Notes under the pieces: generated by a model | Databases searched by the model: none | Told to the model about the DNA's origin: nothing | The model's input: the letters and a program-made list of their open reading frames with translations, nothing else | In this document: positions 54,268-63,525 of the stretch, piece by piece | Position numbering within the stretch: the first letter of the stretch is position 1 | Layout: each line of letters starts with the position of its first letter | Source: a virus | Taxonomy: Duplodnaviria > Caudoviricetes | Direction: 5' to 3' (one strand) | IMG/VR virus record: IMGVR_UViG_3300017716_003594 | Coordinates: 3,424-67,423 of that record | DNA: 64,000 nucleotides | Program-made: the position numbers and the translations under genes

Positions 54268-56670
54268 CTATTCGATCGGCGAGAACACCGCGCCCTTGAC
54301 CACTCTCTCAAAAGCTTCCCGGCATTCCTGCAACGCAGGGATAGCATACGCCCGGGCCCTATTCCCAGTTCCGATGGCCTTGATTTCAGAGGCGCGGAGA
54401 CCGTCATCAGTAGGAAGGACCTCACGAGCATCCGGGTTCAGGTCGGGGCAAATCCTCTTGAGCTCGGCGGCGAAATACCGCTCAATCCCCCGGTTCATGG
54501 CGTTCGCCCGGATACTGTTCTGGGCGCACCAGTTCCTGAAGTCTTCCTGGACTTCCTGGTAGTAGACCTTGATCGGCCCGTCCTCCCAACGCATTCCGTC
54601 GCGGGTCGGTTCGACGTTCAGGCGCTGGTTCTCCAGCTGCTCGTACCACCACTCCTGGACCGGGTCCATGTTGCGGAGCTTCTGCTCGACCAGCGCCTCG
54701 GTGTTCGGGATACTGGTGCGAGGAGTCCAGCCTTTGAGGTCCATCAACTGGAGGTCGTGAAGCATCGCAGCCAGGCCGCCCTGCTCGAACAACTGCCGGC
54801 GAAGCGCACCAAAGAACACCTCGTCGCCCTGTCTCGTATTGTTGACCTTGGACACGAAGTACCGGCGTTCCCCATCCGCTGTGCCAGTGTCCAGGAACCG
54901 GTCGTCGTTCGACGCCATCATCACGTGGACCCTGTTAACTCCGCGCTTCACGTCCTTGCCCTTTGCCTCATAGGCCATGTCGCGCTCAGTGATAAGGGCC
55001 TTGAGGATGTTCTTGGCCTCCTTATCTCCCGGACTGACCGCTTCATCGGCGAACAGCATGACGCAGTCCATGAGGTGGGAGTTGAAGTTGCCGGTCAGGT
55101 GTTTCGGTGACGACGTCTGAAGACCATGCCGCCCGGCGAGCTCGACAAGCGCGTGCCCAAGCGTGCTCTTACCGGTTCCCTTGTCACCATGGAAACAGAT
55201 GGCGACGCCAGGCGGCTCCCAGGGCTTCTGTACCATGTAGGCAATCCACTTGATGACGTAGTCATTGGCCTCTTCATTGCCGTTGCACAGCACGTCCCGG
55301 ATGAGCTCCTGGGTCAGCGACCAGTCACCGGCTTTGGGTTCGACGGCCCAGCCAGTCCAGAGGTTCAGCCAGCCAGGGTGATCCTTCTCCGGGTCGAACA
55401 CATCTCCCATGGCCGATCGCCGCGGACCCCATTCGAGCCAGGCGTTCGAGATGGGAACGATCTTGAGTTCCTGCTCGCCCTTCTTGTTCACCACCATCTT
55501 CTCCGCTCTCCTGTTCGACAGCATGTCCATGAAGTCCTGCTTGCCGTACTGTATCCACATCTTCCGCTTCAGCGCCGGGTCTTCAATCTGTTCCATGATC
55601 CGGAACTTCCCGCCGTCGGTGACCGCCCAGTACCGCTTGTTCATCCTGGACAGCGGACCGAGCTCTTCATGCTCCATGTCTTCCAGTACAATCTGGCCTT
55701 CTTCTCCTGGCAGCTCGATGTCGTCGGCGAAGTCCTGGGCGGCCGATACGGTCGGGATCAGGTCTTCTTTGCCTGCGTCCTTGAGGAACTTGTTGAGCGT
55801 GCGATAGGTACGAGCAGGGCCATCGGTCTTGCGGTGCAGCGAGTCCCATCGACGACCGATTATCCAGCCGTCATCGGCGTATTGAGGGTCGCGAGTTGAC
55901 CACTCGATGAACTCGTCTCGAGCCGATCCACCGGACGCGTGGTGGACCGACATCATCAGGGTGAGCCACAGGTCCTGGTCCTTGAACTCGGTCGGGTCCA
56001 GGCCATCCAGCATCTTGCCGATGCGTTCCTGGTCGTACTCTCCACCATCCGCAGACGAAGAGCCAGACTTGGCGGGCCGGCGGATCAGGGTCAGAAGCCG
56101 GTCAGGTATCCGAGCCGACCCGACCTTGCCGTTGGGCATGAACATGGAGTCCAGTTCCGGCGCAAACAGGTCCCACTCGTACAGTTTGCCGTTGGGGTGA
56201 CGCGAACCGGCTGCGACGACCTGGCGTCCGTAGGTCTTGAACTCAACGCCCTGGTAGGCCTCCAGGCTGTCCAGGGTCGACACATCAGCCGGTTTGTTCA
56301 TGTACACATGGAGGCCGCCTGAGCCTGTCTCTACGCGCGGATAGGCGTCTGCGTCCAGACCCACGTCCCGGCAAAGCTCGGCGAATGAGTCCCGTCCTTC
56401 CGGGAAGTTGCGTGGGTCGACGTCGATGACCAGCTGCTCAGGTGTCAGGCGCACACCAGTGTTGTTGCCACCAGCTTCGGCCATGGCCACAACTTTGGCG
56501 CCGTAGGCCTTCTTCACCCAGTCGGAGTGCAGCGGACGCTTTCCGTCCGGGCGCTCCTTACCTTTGTGCGATGACTTGCTGTCCCACTTGTGGAGAGGTA
56601 TGAGCTGGAAGCCGCACTTCGCATAGATGGCCATCTGGGAATAGTCAGGGCCGCCAACGCTGTCTGTCAT
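54268..56670 (-). CDS. Primase-polymerase / SF3 helicase fusion
   Basis: N-terminal Prim-Pol (NNTGVR..VIDVDPRN..TGSGGLHVY), PriCT-like domain, C-terminal GDKGTGKST..LFADE..RRYF; SD AGGA before ATG 56670. Confidence 0.9.
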   Translation of the reverse strand: MTDSVGGPDYSQMAIYAKCGFQLIPLHKWDSKSSHKGKERPDGKRPLHSDWVKKAYGAKVVAMAEAGGNNTGVRLTPEQLVIDVDPRNFPEGRDSFAELCRDVGLDADAYPRVETGSGGLHVYMNKPADVSTLDSLEAYQGVEFKTYGRQVVAAGSRHPNGKLYEWDLFAPELDSMFMPNGKVGSARIPDRLLTLIRRPAKSGSSSADGGEYDQERIGKMLDGLDPTEFKDQDLWLTLMMSVHHASGGSARDEFIEWSTRDPQYADDGWIIGRRWDSLHRKTDGPARTYRTLNKFLKDAGKEDLIPTVSAAQDFADDIELPGEEGQIVLEDMEHEELGPLSRMNKRYWAVTDGGKFRIMEQIEDPALKRKMWIQYGKQDFMDMLSNRRAEKMVVNKKGEQELKIVPISNAWLEWGPRRSAMGDVFDPEKDHPGWLNLWTGWAVEPKAGDWSLTQELIRDVLCNGNEEANDYVIKWIAYMVQKPWEPPGVAICFHGDKGTGKSTLGHALVELAGRHGLQTSSPKHLTGNFNSHLMDCVMLFADEAVSPGDKEAKNILKALITERDMAYEAKGKDVKRGVNRVHVMMASNDDRFLDTGTADGERRYFVSKVNNTRQGDEVFFGALRRQLFEQGGLAAMLHDLQLMDLKGWTPRTSIPNTEALVEQKLRNMDPVQEWWYEQLENQRLNVEPTRDGMRWEDGPIKVYYQEVQEDFRNWCAQNSIRANAMNRGIERYFAAELKRICPDLNPDAREVLPTDDGLRASEIKAIGTGNRARAYAIPALQECREAFERVVKGAVFSPIE

Positions 56671-56830
56671 GTTGAGTCCTTTAATCAGTCGGCCATTCAG
56701 GCCATGCAACTTCATGGCGCGCAAGCTCTCGGCAGAACAACCCTCATTCCTCGCCCAGTTGCTCTTCAACGGTTTGCGAGCGACGTGGAGACGTCCTAAC
56801 CTGCTCTCGACAAGCGAGACAGGAGTTCCC

Positions 56831-57274
56831 ATGCAAGTCACCCTTACTGTTGATACCAGCGACCACGACAACGTCCACGAAGCCATCGCCCTGCTGACGA
56901 AGATTGTCGTCGCTGAAGCAGATGCCCAAGAGAAGTCCGCCGCCAAGGCAGCCAGCACCAAGTCGGCCGACAAGAAACCCGCCGGCAAGACCCCGCCGTC
57001 TGAAGCGTCGCTGCCACCGCCTCCCCCTCCGCCTCCGCCGCCCCCGGAAAAAGACCCGCTCGACGATGAACCGGCGGCGCCTCCGGCCAAGCCGATCGAT
57101 CGCGAGGAAGTCCGCGCCGCCCTCAAAGCCGTGCAGACGCTTGACGGCAAGGACGCAGCGGTCGCCATCCTGAAGAAGTACGGCGCGAACAGCATGTCCG
57201 AGCTGAAGGAAGAGCACTTCGCCGGCGCGCTGGCCGAGGCAAAGGCCAATCCGAAAGTCAAGGCGGCCGGGTAA
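56831..57274 (+). CDS. Ala/Pro/Lys-rich hypothetical protein typical of DUF2800-DUF2815 replication clusters
   Basis: SD AGGAG; poly-Pro linker; C-terminal REEVRAAL..DAAVAILKKYGA..SELKEEH. Confidence 0.75.
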   Translation: MQVTLTVDTSDHDNVHEAIALLTKIVVAEADAQEKSAAKAASTKSADKKPAGKTPPSEASLPPPPPPPPPPPEKDPLDDEPAAPPAKPIDREEVRAALKAVQTLDGKDAAVAILKKYGANSMSELKEEHFAGALAEAKANPKVKAAG

Positions 57275-57375
57275 ACGGGGGCATTGCACCCATTCCCCAA
57301 ACGGCGCGGTTCGTGCAACATAGGATGCACGGGCCGCGTCGGGCGGCTCGGTACGAGACAAGGGACAGTAGAGTA

Positions 57376-57885
57376 ATGCGAGTTAAACTGGGTATTTGGC
57401 ACAGCGAGTACGCCCTGTATATGGCGACGCCTCTGCCACCTGGCCGTTGGTCATTGCTGGTCGAGCGCCGGCACGACGGCCTGGCTGAGCTGGTCCTGGG
57501 TTCGGATAACGCCGGGCTCGAACAGGCCGAGCATCTGATTGACGGCGAGGTCCACATCTACGGCTATCGCTACCTGATTAGGCAGGACAGGCCAGCAGAC
57601 TGTAAGATCGCGAGGTGTTCGCTGATGGCGCTGGACATGCGCGAACATGCGACCAACCTCTGGTCTGTGATCCTGCCGCCGGACAACCTGATGCCCTGGC
57701 CGCAGGCTCGTGAGTGCAACCAGTACACGCCAGCGGACGAACTGTTCGACGAGTGCGTGAAGCGGCGCGCCTATGCGAAACAATTCGGGGGGTCTTTCAC
57801 ACCACCACCTGAGGTGACGAGACGGCTAACGGCGCAGCAGCGTCGTCGGCTGTTCGCCCTTGATGAGCGAGAAGCTGCAGCATGA
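57376..57885 (+). CDS. Hypothetical protein
   Basis: ORF in the rightward operon; start uncertain. Confidence 0.6.
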   Translation: MRVKLGIWHSEYALYMATPLPPGRWSLLVERRHDGLAELVLGSDNAGLEQAEHLIDGEVHIYGYRYLIRQDRPADCKIARCSLMALDMREHATNLWSVILPPDNLMPWPQARECNQYTPADELFDECVKRRAYAKQFGGSFTPPPEVTRRLTAQQRRRLFALDEREAAA

Positions 57886-58112
57886 CAACGCCTGCCACTT
57901 ATTATCGGTACACAGTCGACTCGACTGGCGACCTGAAACCCGTCGAAGACGGCCACTCCGTTGGCCCGTACGAGACCCTCGGCGCGGCCCAAGCCGTCAG
58001 CCCTGAGACTGTCTACGCCCTGCGCCGCGAAGGCCGGCAGGTCATCATCCTGACAATCGCCCGCCGGCTCGGCCTGCGGATGGAAGTCATCGGCCTGGAG
58101 GACAAACCATGA
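57882..58112 (+). CDS. Hypothetical protein
   Basis: ATGA overlap chain. Confidence 0.6.
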   Translation: MTTPATYYRYTVDSTGDLKPVEDGHSVGPYETLGAAQAVSPETVYALRREGRQVIILTIARRLGLRMEVIGLEDKP

Positions 58113-58426
58113 CGGCGGACTATGACCGAGCAATGGAAAGAGCAAACGAGCACCAGGTGCGACGCCAGGATGTCATCAGCCGTCCGACCTACCACCTGGC
58201 CCGGCTCAACCCGGTCACGCTCCAGTTGACACCAGTCCAAGGTTTACGCGGGAACGCTGACCTGGACAAGCTCCTGGACAGTGTGCCCAACATGCGAACG
58301 CATGGAAACGCCAACCAGCTCGTTGTGGTGCAGGTCGTGAGCCTTCTCGATGTGAAGACCACGGTCGTGCGCCAGGACCTGAAGCCCGAGACGCTCGTCA
58401 AGGGCAAATCGCAGGAGAAAAAGTAA
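58109..58426 (+). CDS. Hypothetical protein
   Basis: ATGA overlap chain, SD GGAGG. Confidence 0.65.
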   Translation: MTADYDRAMERANEHQVRRQDVISRPTYHLARLNPVTLQLTPVQGLRGNADLDKLLDSVPNMRTHGNANQLVVVQVVSLLDVKTTVVRQDLKPETLVKGKSQEKK

Positions 58427-58527
58427 TGGAACGCGTTGTTTTTGCTGTGAATGTCCTGGTTGGCGTCCTGTGCATTGGCACTGGCGCCTGGGTCCTGGGC
58501 TACCTGCTTGGAGCCTGGAGCGGATGA
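58426..58527 (+). CDS. 33-aa hydrophobic peptide
   Basis: MERVVFAVNVLVGVLCIGTGAWVLGYLLGAWSG*; overlaps both neighbours; SD AGGAG. Confidence 0.5.
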   Translation: MERVVFAVNVLVGVLCIGTGAWVLGYLLGAWSG

Positions 58528-58712
58528 AAGCCGGAGCGCTCTCAATCCTGGTAGCCCTGCTTACCGTTGCAGTAGCCTGCACCACTGTGCAGCGCATCAT
58601 CCAGCCAGAGCGCTCCATTCTGCAGCCAGTCATCATCCAGCGGAACTACCTGGTGCCTATCATCCCGGGAACTCCGCATTACCAACCACCGCCAGACACT
58701 GGTGAAGCATGA
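58524..58712 (+). CDS. Small putative lipoprotein
   Basis: MKAGALSILVALLTVAVAC lipobox-like signal. Confidence 0.55.
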   Translation: MKAGALSILVALLTVAVACTTVQRIIQPERSILQPVIIQRNYLVPIIPGTPHYQPPPDTGEA

Positions 58713-59059
58713 CCCAATCGCTCATAATGGCCGGCATGAACCAGCCAGTAGAAGTCCCACACCTGGAGGAAGGCGACATGATCGTCGTGACCGTAACGCT
58801 GCACTCTGCCCTCGATGGCCGCAAGGAGGTGCTGGCGGAGTCCATCATCTTCAACGACGGCTCGGGCACAAGGACCAAGGGCAACTACAAAGCCCTGGCG
58901 ATACGGAAGAACATCGACTTCCGGGACGGCAAGGACAAAGAACCTGGCTGGCTGAAGAAGCACGTCATCCGGGAGGGCGAGGTCAAGGGCTACAACCGGA
59001 TCAGCGAACACGTCTGGAACCTGGTGGCCCAGGCGTTGGCGGCGATGGGCTACAAGTAG
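58709..59059 (+). CDS. Hypothetical protein
   Basis: ATGA overlap chain. Confidence 0.65.
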   Translation: MTQSLIMAGMNQPVEVPHLEEGDMIVVTVTLHSALDGRKEVLAESIIFNDGSGTRTKGNYKALAIRKNIDFRDGKDKEPGWLKKHVIREGEVKGYNRISEHVWNLVAQALAAMGYK

Positions 59060-59311
59060 ATGGCCGCGCGCACGCCAAACGCCCCCATTCCGCTCCTGGT
59101 GCCAGGCGATCCACCAATCCATGCCATCTACACCCAGTGGCAGCTGTCCTGGGGCGAGCGACTGATGGTCCTCTTCACCGGGAAACTGTGGCACAGCACC
59201 TGGGGAACCAAGCCAGTTCCGACGTCGATCGGCGCTGGCAAGCGTTTCGCACCATTCAAGACCATAGCCGCCGTCGAGGCAATGAAGGCGGCAAGCGACA
59301 GGAAGCACTGA
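59060..59311 (+). CDS. Hypothetical protein
   Basis: Abuts both neighbours. Confidence 0.55.
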   Translation: MAARTPNAPIPLLVPGDPPIHAIYTQWQLSWGERLMVLFTGKLWHSTWGTKPVPTSIGAGKRFAPFKTIAAVEAMKAASDRKH

Positions 59312-59312
59312 C

Positions 59313-60737
59313 ATGGCCGGACACAAGCGCCTCTCCGCATCCCGCACCAAGCAGTGGTGGGAATGCCCTGGCTCCCTGGCGCTGGACGCCCAGGAGAACT
59401 ACCAGGACAATGACAGCGGCGACAGCGCCAGGCTCGGCACGTGCGCCCACCATCTCGGCGAGACCTGCCTGCGTAAGGGCGAAGACCCTGAACAGTACAG
59501 GGACAGGGTCATCACGATCCTCAACGAGGGGACCGAGTCTGAGGGTGTGTCCATCCTCCGCACCGGCGGCAAGACAGCCAACCTCAAGGGCTTCTGGACC
59601 GTCATCGACACCGACATGATCGAGGCGGTGGACACGTACGTCTCATACGTCCGCCGGCGCTGCGCAGAGCTCGACCTGATCTCGCTCGAAGGCGACATCA
59701 ACGCCCAGGTCGCCGAGCTCGTCGCAAAGAACGTGGTGCGACTGGAAGTCAAGGTCAATCCGCTGCCCGAGCGTGAGGACACAGGTGGCTCCGGCGACAC
59801 GGTCATTGACGCCTGGCCCGACCTCCAGGAAGTCATCGACTACAAGCATGGCGCCGGCGTGTTTGTCCCGGTCACAAAGAACCACCAGCTTCGCTCGTAC
59901 TCCGCCGGCTCGGCCATCCCTGACCAGTGGTCACATGACAAGTACCGGTACACCATCGTCCAGCCACGCAACAGGGAAGCCCTGGCTGCGAGCCCGAACC
60001 ACGACGGCATCTGCCCGGAAGAGGTGACGCGCGAGGAGCTGCAGGCCTGGACAGAAGAACTTCGGGCCAAGGCCGGACGTGTCGACCAGGCGGACAAGAT
60101 GCTGGCCGAGGGAAAGACAGGCGAAGACCTGTTCAAGGCCGGTCTGGTATCGGTCGGCAACGATGGCTCGCACTGCACCTTCTGTCACCGCAAGGCTCGC
60201 TGCCCGGCTGCCCTGGCCAAGGTGAAGGAGATGACGGCGGTGGACTTCGCCGAGCCGCCCGAGCACCTGGAAGCCCCTGGAGACAACATGCTCCCGGCCA
60301 TTCTTCCCTGGGTGCCGTTCATCGACAAGTTCCTGAAGGAAGTGACTGCCAGCGCTGAGCGCAAGCTGCTGTCCGGGGGCAAGGTTGAAGGCTACAAGCT
60401 GGTCCGAAAGAAGACCAACCGCACCTGGGCGCCCAGCATCAAGATCGGCGACCAGGAGGTGGAACTGGCCGACGGAACTCTCCAGATGCTGATGGAGGAG
60501 AAGTTCGGCGTCGAGCCCGAGGAGCTGGTCATCACCGAGACCTCCCGCATCTCTGGCCCGCAGGCCGAGAAGCTGGTGCCCAAGGCCAAGCGGAAGGAGT
60601 TCAACGACCTCTTCCTGCACAAGCCGACCGGCGGTCTGACAATGGCCGAGGAGCCCGATCCCAGGGACGCCGTCGAGCATGGCGCTGGCGATGACTTCGC
60701 GGAAGCTCCGGAGGATACCGATGGCCTTGAGTCCTGA
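59313..60737 (+). CDS. Cas4-like / DUF2800 PD-(D/E)xK exonuclease
   Basis: HKRLSAS..W.ECPGS, SARLGTCAH, GSGD..VIDYKHG.G.FV..N.QL..Y, HCTFC..K..CPA. Confidence 0.88.
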   Translation: MAGHKRLSASRTKQWWECPGSLALDAQENYQDNDSGDSARLGTCAHHLGETCLRKGEDPEQYRDRVITILNEGTESEGVSILRTGGKTANLKGFWTVIDTDMIEAVDTYVSYVRRRCAELDLISLEGDINAQVAELVAKNVVRLEVKVNPLPEREDTGGSGDTVIDAWPDLQEVIDYKHGAGVFVPVTKNHQLRSYSAGSAIPDQWSHDKYRYTIVQPRNREALAASPNHDGICPEEVTREELQAWTEELRAKAGRVDQADKMLAEGKTGEDLFKAGLVSVGNDGSHCTFCHRKARCPAALAKVKEMTAVDFAEPPEHLEAPGDNMLPAILPWVPFIDKFLKEVTASAERKLLSGGKVEGYKLVRKKTNRTWAPSIKIGDQEVELADGTLQMLMEEKFGVEPEELVITETSRISGPQAEKLVPKAKRKEFNDLFLHKPTGGLTMAEEPDPRDAVEHGAGDDFAEAPEDTDGLES

Positions 60738-60738
60738 T

Positions 60739-61002
60739 ATGCTGGCACTGGCTCGAGGCCAGATAACGCCGGAGCAACTGCTGGCTCGGTCATTCAAGCA
60801 GCTTGGTGTGCACGAGTCGCACCGCAGTCCGGTGTGCGTCGAGAAGTACATGAGCGTCAGCGAAGGTGGATACGTCATTACCTTCCAGTGCCCAGCATGT
60901 GGCGAGAAAAGCAGCAACGACGGTTTGTCCCAGCCGTGCACCAAGGCACAGTCGAGACCTGAGCAGCTGCCTCCGTGGGGTAACTGGCAAACCGAAGATT
61001 AG
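60739..61002 (+). CDS. Small hypothetical protein with CPAC motif
   Basis: Fills the gap after the exonuclease. Confidence 0.5.
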   Translation: MLALARGQITPEQLLARSFKQLGVHESHRSPVCVEKYMSVSEGGYVITFQCPACGEKSSNDGLSQPCTKAQSRPEQLPPWGNWQTED

Positions 61003-61011
61003 GAGACTGTC

Positions 61012-61470
61012 ATGGGCGTTGTACTGTGGACCCTGCTGGGCGGACTGGCAAACAGGCTGTGCGGCATGGAACGGTGGGCGCCTGGACGGAACGTCTACTG
61101 GGTAGCGCTCGGCGTTCTGGCGCTGGCTGTCTGGCTCCAACCGGCTGCGGCCATTCCGCTCTTCCTGACCGTGCTGGCCTACCGTCTTCCAGGCTGGTTC
61201 GGCTCCATCGACATGGGCCGCAACGAGGACACTGTCCTGCGCGACTTCGGGGTCATGTTCCTGCGCGGTCTGTGCGCCGTCCCTGTCTTCTTTTTCTGCG
61301 GTCCGACCCTGGTGTGGCTTGTCGTACCTGCGGCCCTGATGGCAGCGCTTGCCTACCTGCTGGTTGTCTGGCGTGTCTGGGACCGCGTGAAGGACCCGTA
61401 CGTCTACGCCGAGTTCGCCGCCGGTGCTTCCATCGGCTTTTGGGCCGCGATCGCGTGGGCGCTCAAATGA
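61012..61470 (+). CDS. Multi-pass membrane protein
   Basis: SD AGGAG; several hydrophobic segments. Confidence 0.7.
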   Translation: MGVVLWTLLGGLANRLCGMERWAPGRNVYWVALGVLALAVWLQPAAAIPLFLTVLAYRLPGWFGSIDMGRNEDTVLRDFGVMFLRGLCAVPVFFFCGPTLVWLVVPAALMAALAYLLVVWRVWDRVKDPYVYAEFAAGASIGFWAAIAWALK

Positions 61471-61913
61471 CCACGGTGGTGTACAGGGACGGAGTGCTGG
61501 CTGCTGACCGGCAAGTGACCATGGGCGTCACACACGTCGGCAAAATGCGGAAAGTCTATCGCAGGCCAGACGGCGCCCTGATCGGTGGCCGAGGCGACAC
61601 CAGTCTGCTGGTGAAGTTCTTCGACTGGTTCATGGCCGGCGAGCAGGGATACCGGCCAAGGCTGAAGTCCGCGTACGCCGATGGGGACGACGCCGAGACC
61701 CAGCTCATTATTGTCCGGCCCAACGGCTCGGTCGAGCTGCACGACTCCCTGGGCTATACCCCGATCCAGAAAGGCAAGTTCTTCGCCATCGGCTCAGGCG
61801 CCGAAGTCGCGTATGGCGCCCTGGAAATGGGGGCAACCGCTGTACAGGCTGTTCGGGCAGCTGCAAAGCATGACATTCACACGGGCGGCGGCGTCCATCA
61901 GGTGACGCTGTGA
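61467..61913 (+). CDS. HslV/proteasome-beta-like Ntn peptidase
   Basis: MTTVVY..G.LAAD.Q, FAIGSG..A.GAL..GA....AV..A...D..TGG; ATGA overlap. Confidence 0.75.
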   Translation: MTTVVYRDGVLAADRQVTMGVTHVGKMRKVYRRPDGALIGGRGDTSLLVKFFDWFMAGEQGYRPRLKSAYADGDDAETQLIIVRPNGSVELHDSLGYTPIQKGKFFAIGSGAEVAYGALEMGATAVQAVRAAAKHDIHTGGGVHQVTL

Positions 61914-62275
61914 GCCCTCCGATCCGAGGCCCAGTTGTCCTGGTGACCGGTGGCCGGCACTACATGAACAAGGCCCACGTGAACCGGGTCCTGCAAGAGA
62001 CCATGCCTCGGTGCGCCGTACAGGGCGGAGCCAAGGGAGCTGACGCCCTGGCAAAAGCCTGGGCCGTCACCTGCGGTGTCCCTATGATCGAGGTGCCAGC
62101 AAATTGGGGCTTCTACGACCTGGGGGCCGGAACGCTGCGCAATGGTTGGATGCTCGAGTTCGTCAAGGTGGAGCTCGTTATCGCTTTCCCTGGCGGACGC
62201 GGCACCGACAACATGGTCTCCCTGGCCAAGCGCCAGGGCGGTATCGACATTCGAGATGAGAGGAACGCCTCGTGA
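61910..62275 (+). CDS. SLOG-family (DUF2493/YspA-like) protein
   Basis: VLVTGGRHY, QGGAKGADALA..W, AG.LRN..ML, IAFPGGRGT.NM. Confidence 0.82.
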   Translation: MSPPIRGPVVLVTGGRHYMNKAHVNRVLQETMPRCAVQGGAKGADALAKAWAVTCGVPMIEVPANWGFYDLGAGTLRNGWMLEFVKVELVIAFPGGRGTDNMVSLAKRQGGIDIRDERNAS

Positions 62276-62529
62276 AAGTCACCGAGATAGTCATCTCCCG
62301 GTCTATCCGGGTGAACACTGGCAACTATGAAGGCACTGACCACTTCATATCGGCCAAGGCCGAATTAGACGAACTGGACGACTTCGCCAGCGCTTCGGCC
62401 GACCTGGCCGCACAGGTGGAAGAGCAGATGGTGACCCAGTTGCGGGCCCATTATGGCGTACGGAACGTCAAGAACCTGTTGGAGCTTAGCGCCATCAGGA
62501 AGCATCACGGGCTAAAAGGTACTAAATAG
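62272..62529 (+). CDS. Hypothetical protein
   Basis: GTGA overlap, SD AGGA. Confidence 0.6.
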   Translation: MKVTEIVISRSIRVNTGNYEGTDHFISAKAELDELDDFASASADLAAQVEEQMVTQLRAHYGVRNVKNLLELSAIRKHHGLKGTK

Positions 62530-62819
62530 TGGGCATCCAGCACCAAACAGACGCGCTACCATCACCTGAGTGGTCCGGCTTCAAAGCCTGGCTGAGCACG
62601 ACGATGCGTGGAGAGAAGCTGTGCTGTCCGCTTACTGTTCTCTGGAACAACTACGACGCCCACTGCCAATGGCATGGCTTCCCGAAGGCTTCTGCCGCGG
62701 ACTTCGTTCACTTCTTGACCGACTGCACGGAAGGGGTGACGGTACGGGAGGGCGGAAGAGGCCGCCTGCGCCGGGTGGCAATGGGCCTGGCAATCGATCA
62801 CGACCCGACGATGAAATAG
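62529..62819 (+). CDS. Hypothetical protein, possible winged-helix
   Basis: LWNNYDAHCQWHG segment; overlap chain. Confidence 0.55.
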   Translation: MGIQHQTDALPSPEWSGFKAWLSTTMRGEKLCCPLTVLWNNYDAHCQWHGFPKASAADFVHFLTDCTEGVTVREGGRGRLRRVAMGLAIDHDPTMK

Positions 62820-62935
62820 CCTGGAGCGTTACCTCGCTCCTGGTCTGGGCGATGGCGTTTCTTGCCAGCGCAATCGGTTGGGTTCTAGTATTCAAGCTGG
62901 GAGAGCATCTGCTGTCCCTCATTTAGGAGACGACA

Positions 62936-63481
62936 GTGGACGTGATGATTGACCTGGAAACTCTCGGGACCAGGCCCGACGCAGCTATCATTCAGATTGG
63001 CGCCGTGCTCTTCGAGGCGCACGACCGTGGCCGCATCCTGAACGGAAAAGGCTTCAACCGGCATGTCCTGGTCCAGGACGGAGCAGGCACGATTGACCAC
63101 AGCACCGTCGCCTTCTGGCTCCAGGAGAAGTCGGCGGCAAAGATGGGCGACAAGCTGAAGAACGACGCCATCCCGTTGTTCTCTGCCCTGAACGGCTTCG
63201 AGTCCTGGCCGGCGGAACATGGCTTCACCTGGGATCAGATTGACACGGTCTGGTCCAACGGGGCGTCGTTCGACCAGCCCATCCTGGCCAGCGCCTTCTC
63301 GAAGATGGGCCGCAACGTTCCCTGGAACTATCGAGCCAGCAGGTGCTGCCGGACCCTGTTCGCCCTGGCTGGCGGACCGCCGAAGATCGACTGGACGGGC
63401 CTGACCCCGCACGACGCCCTGGATGACGCCCTCGGCCAGGCGATGCAGGTCCAACAGGCTTTCCGACAGCTGGCGGCGTGA
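62936..63481 (+). CDS. DEDDh 3'-5' exonuclease (DUF5051/Rv2179c-like)
   Basis: VMIDLETLG..IIQIGAV, WSNGASFD, RCCRT, HDALDDA..QA. Confidence 0.88.
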   Translation: MDVMIDLETLGTRPDAAIIQIGAVLFEAHDRGRILNGKGFNRHVLVQDGAGTIDHSTVAFWLQEKSAAKMGDKLKNDAIPLFSALNGFESWPAEHGFTWDQIDTVWSNGASFDQPILASAFSKMGRNVPWNYRASRCCRTLFALAGGPPKIDWTGLTPHDALDDALGQAMQVQQAFRQLAA

Positions 63482-63491
63482 CCTGAAACAG

Positions 63492-63525
63492 TGGCTTGCT
63501 TCCAGTCATTTGCCCCGACACGCTG
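63492..63525 (+). promoter_or_regulatory. Second promoter class, variant copy upstream of SSB
   Basis: TGGCTTGCTTCCAGT-N12-CACGCTG. Confidence 0.55.

Noticed and set aside
56671-57402. 244-codon upstream extension of the primase ORF (1044 aa in the ORF track)
   Set aside because: It is the antisense shadow of the + strand gene 56831-57274 (poly-Gly opposite poly-Pro); a good SD and ATG exist at 56670.
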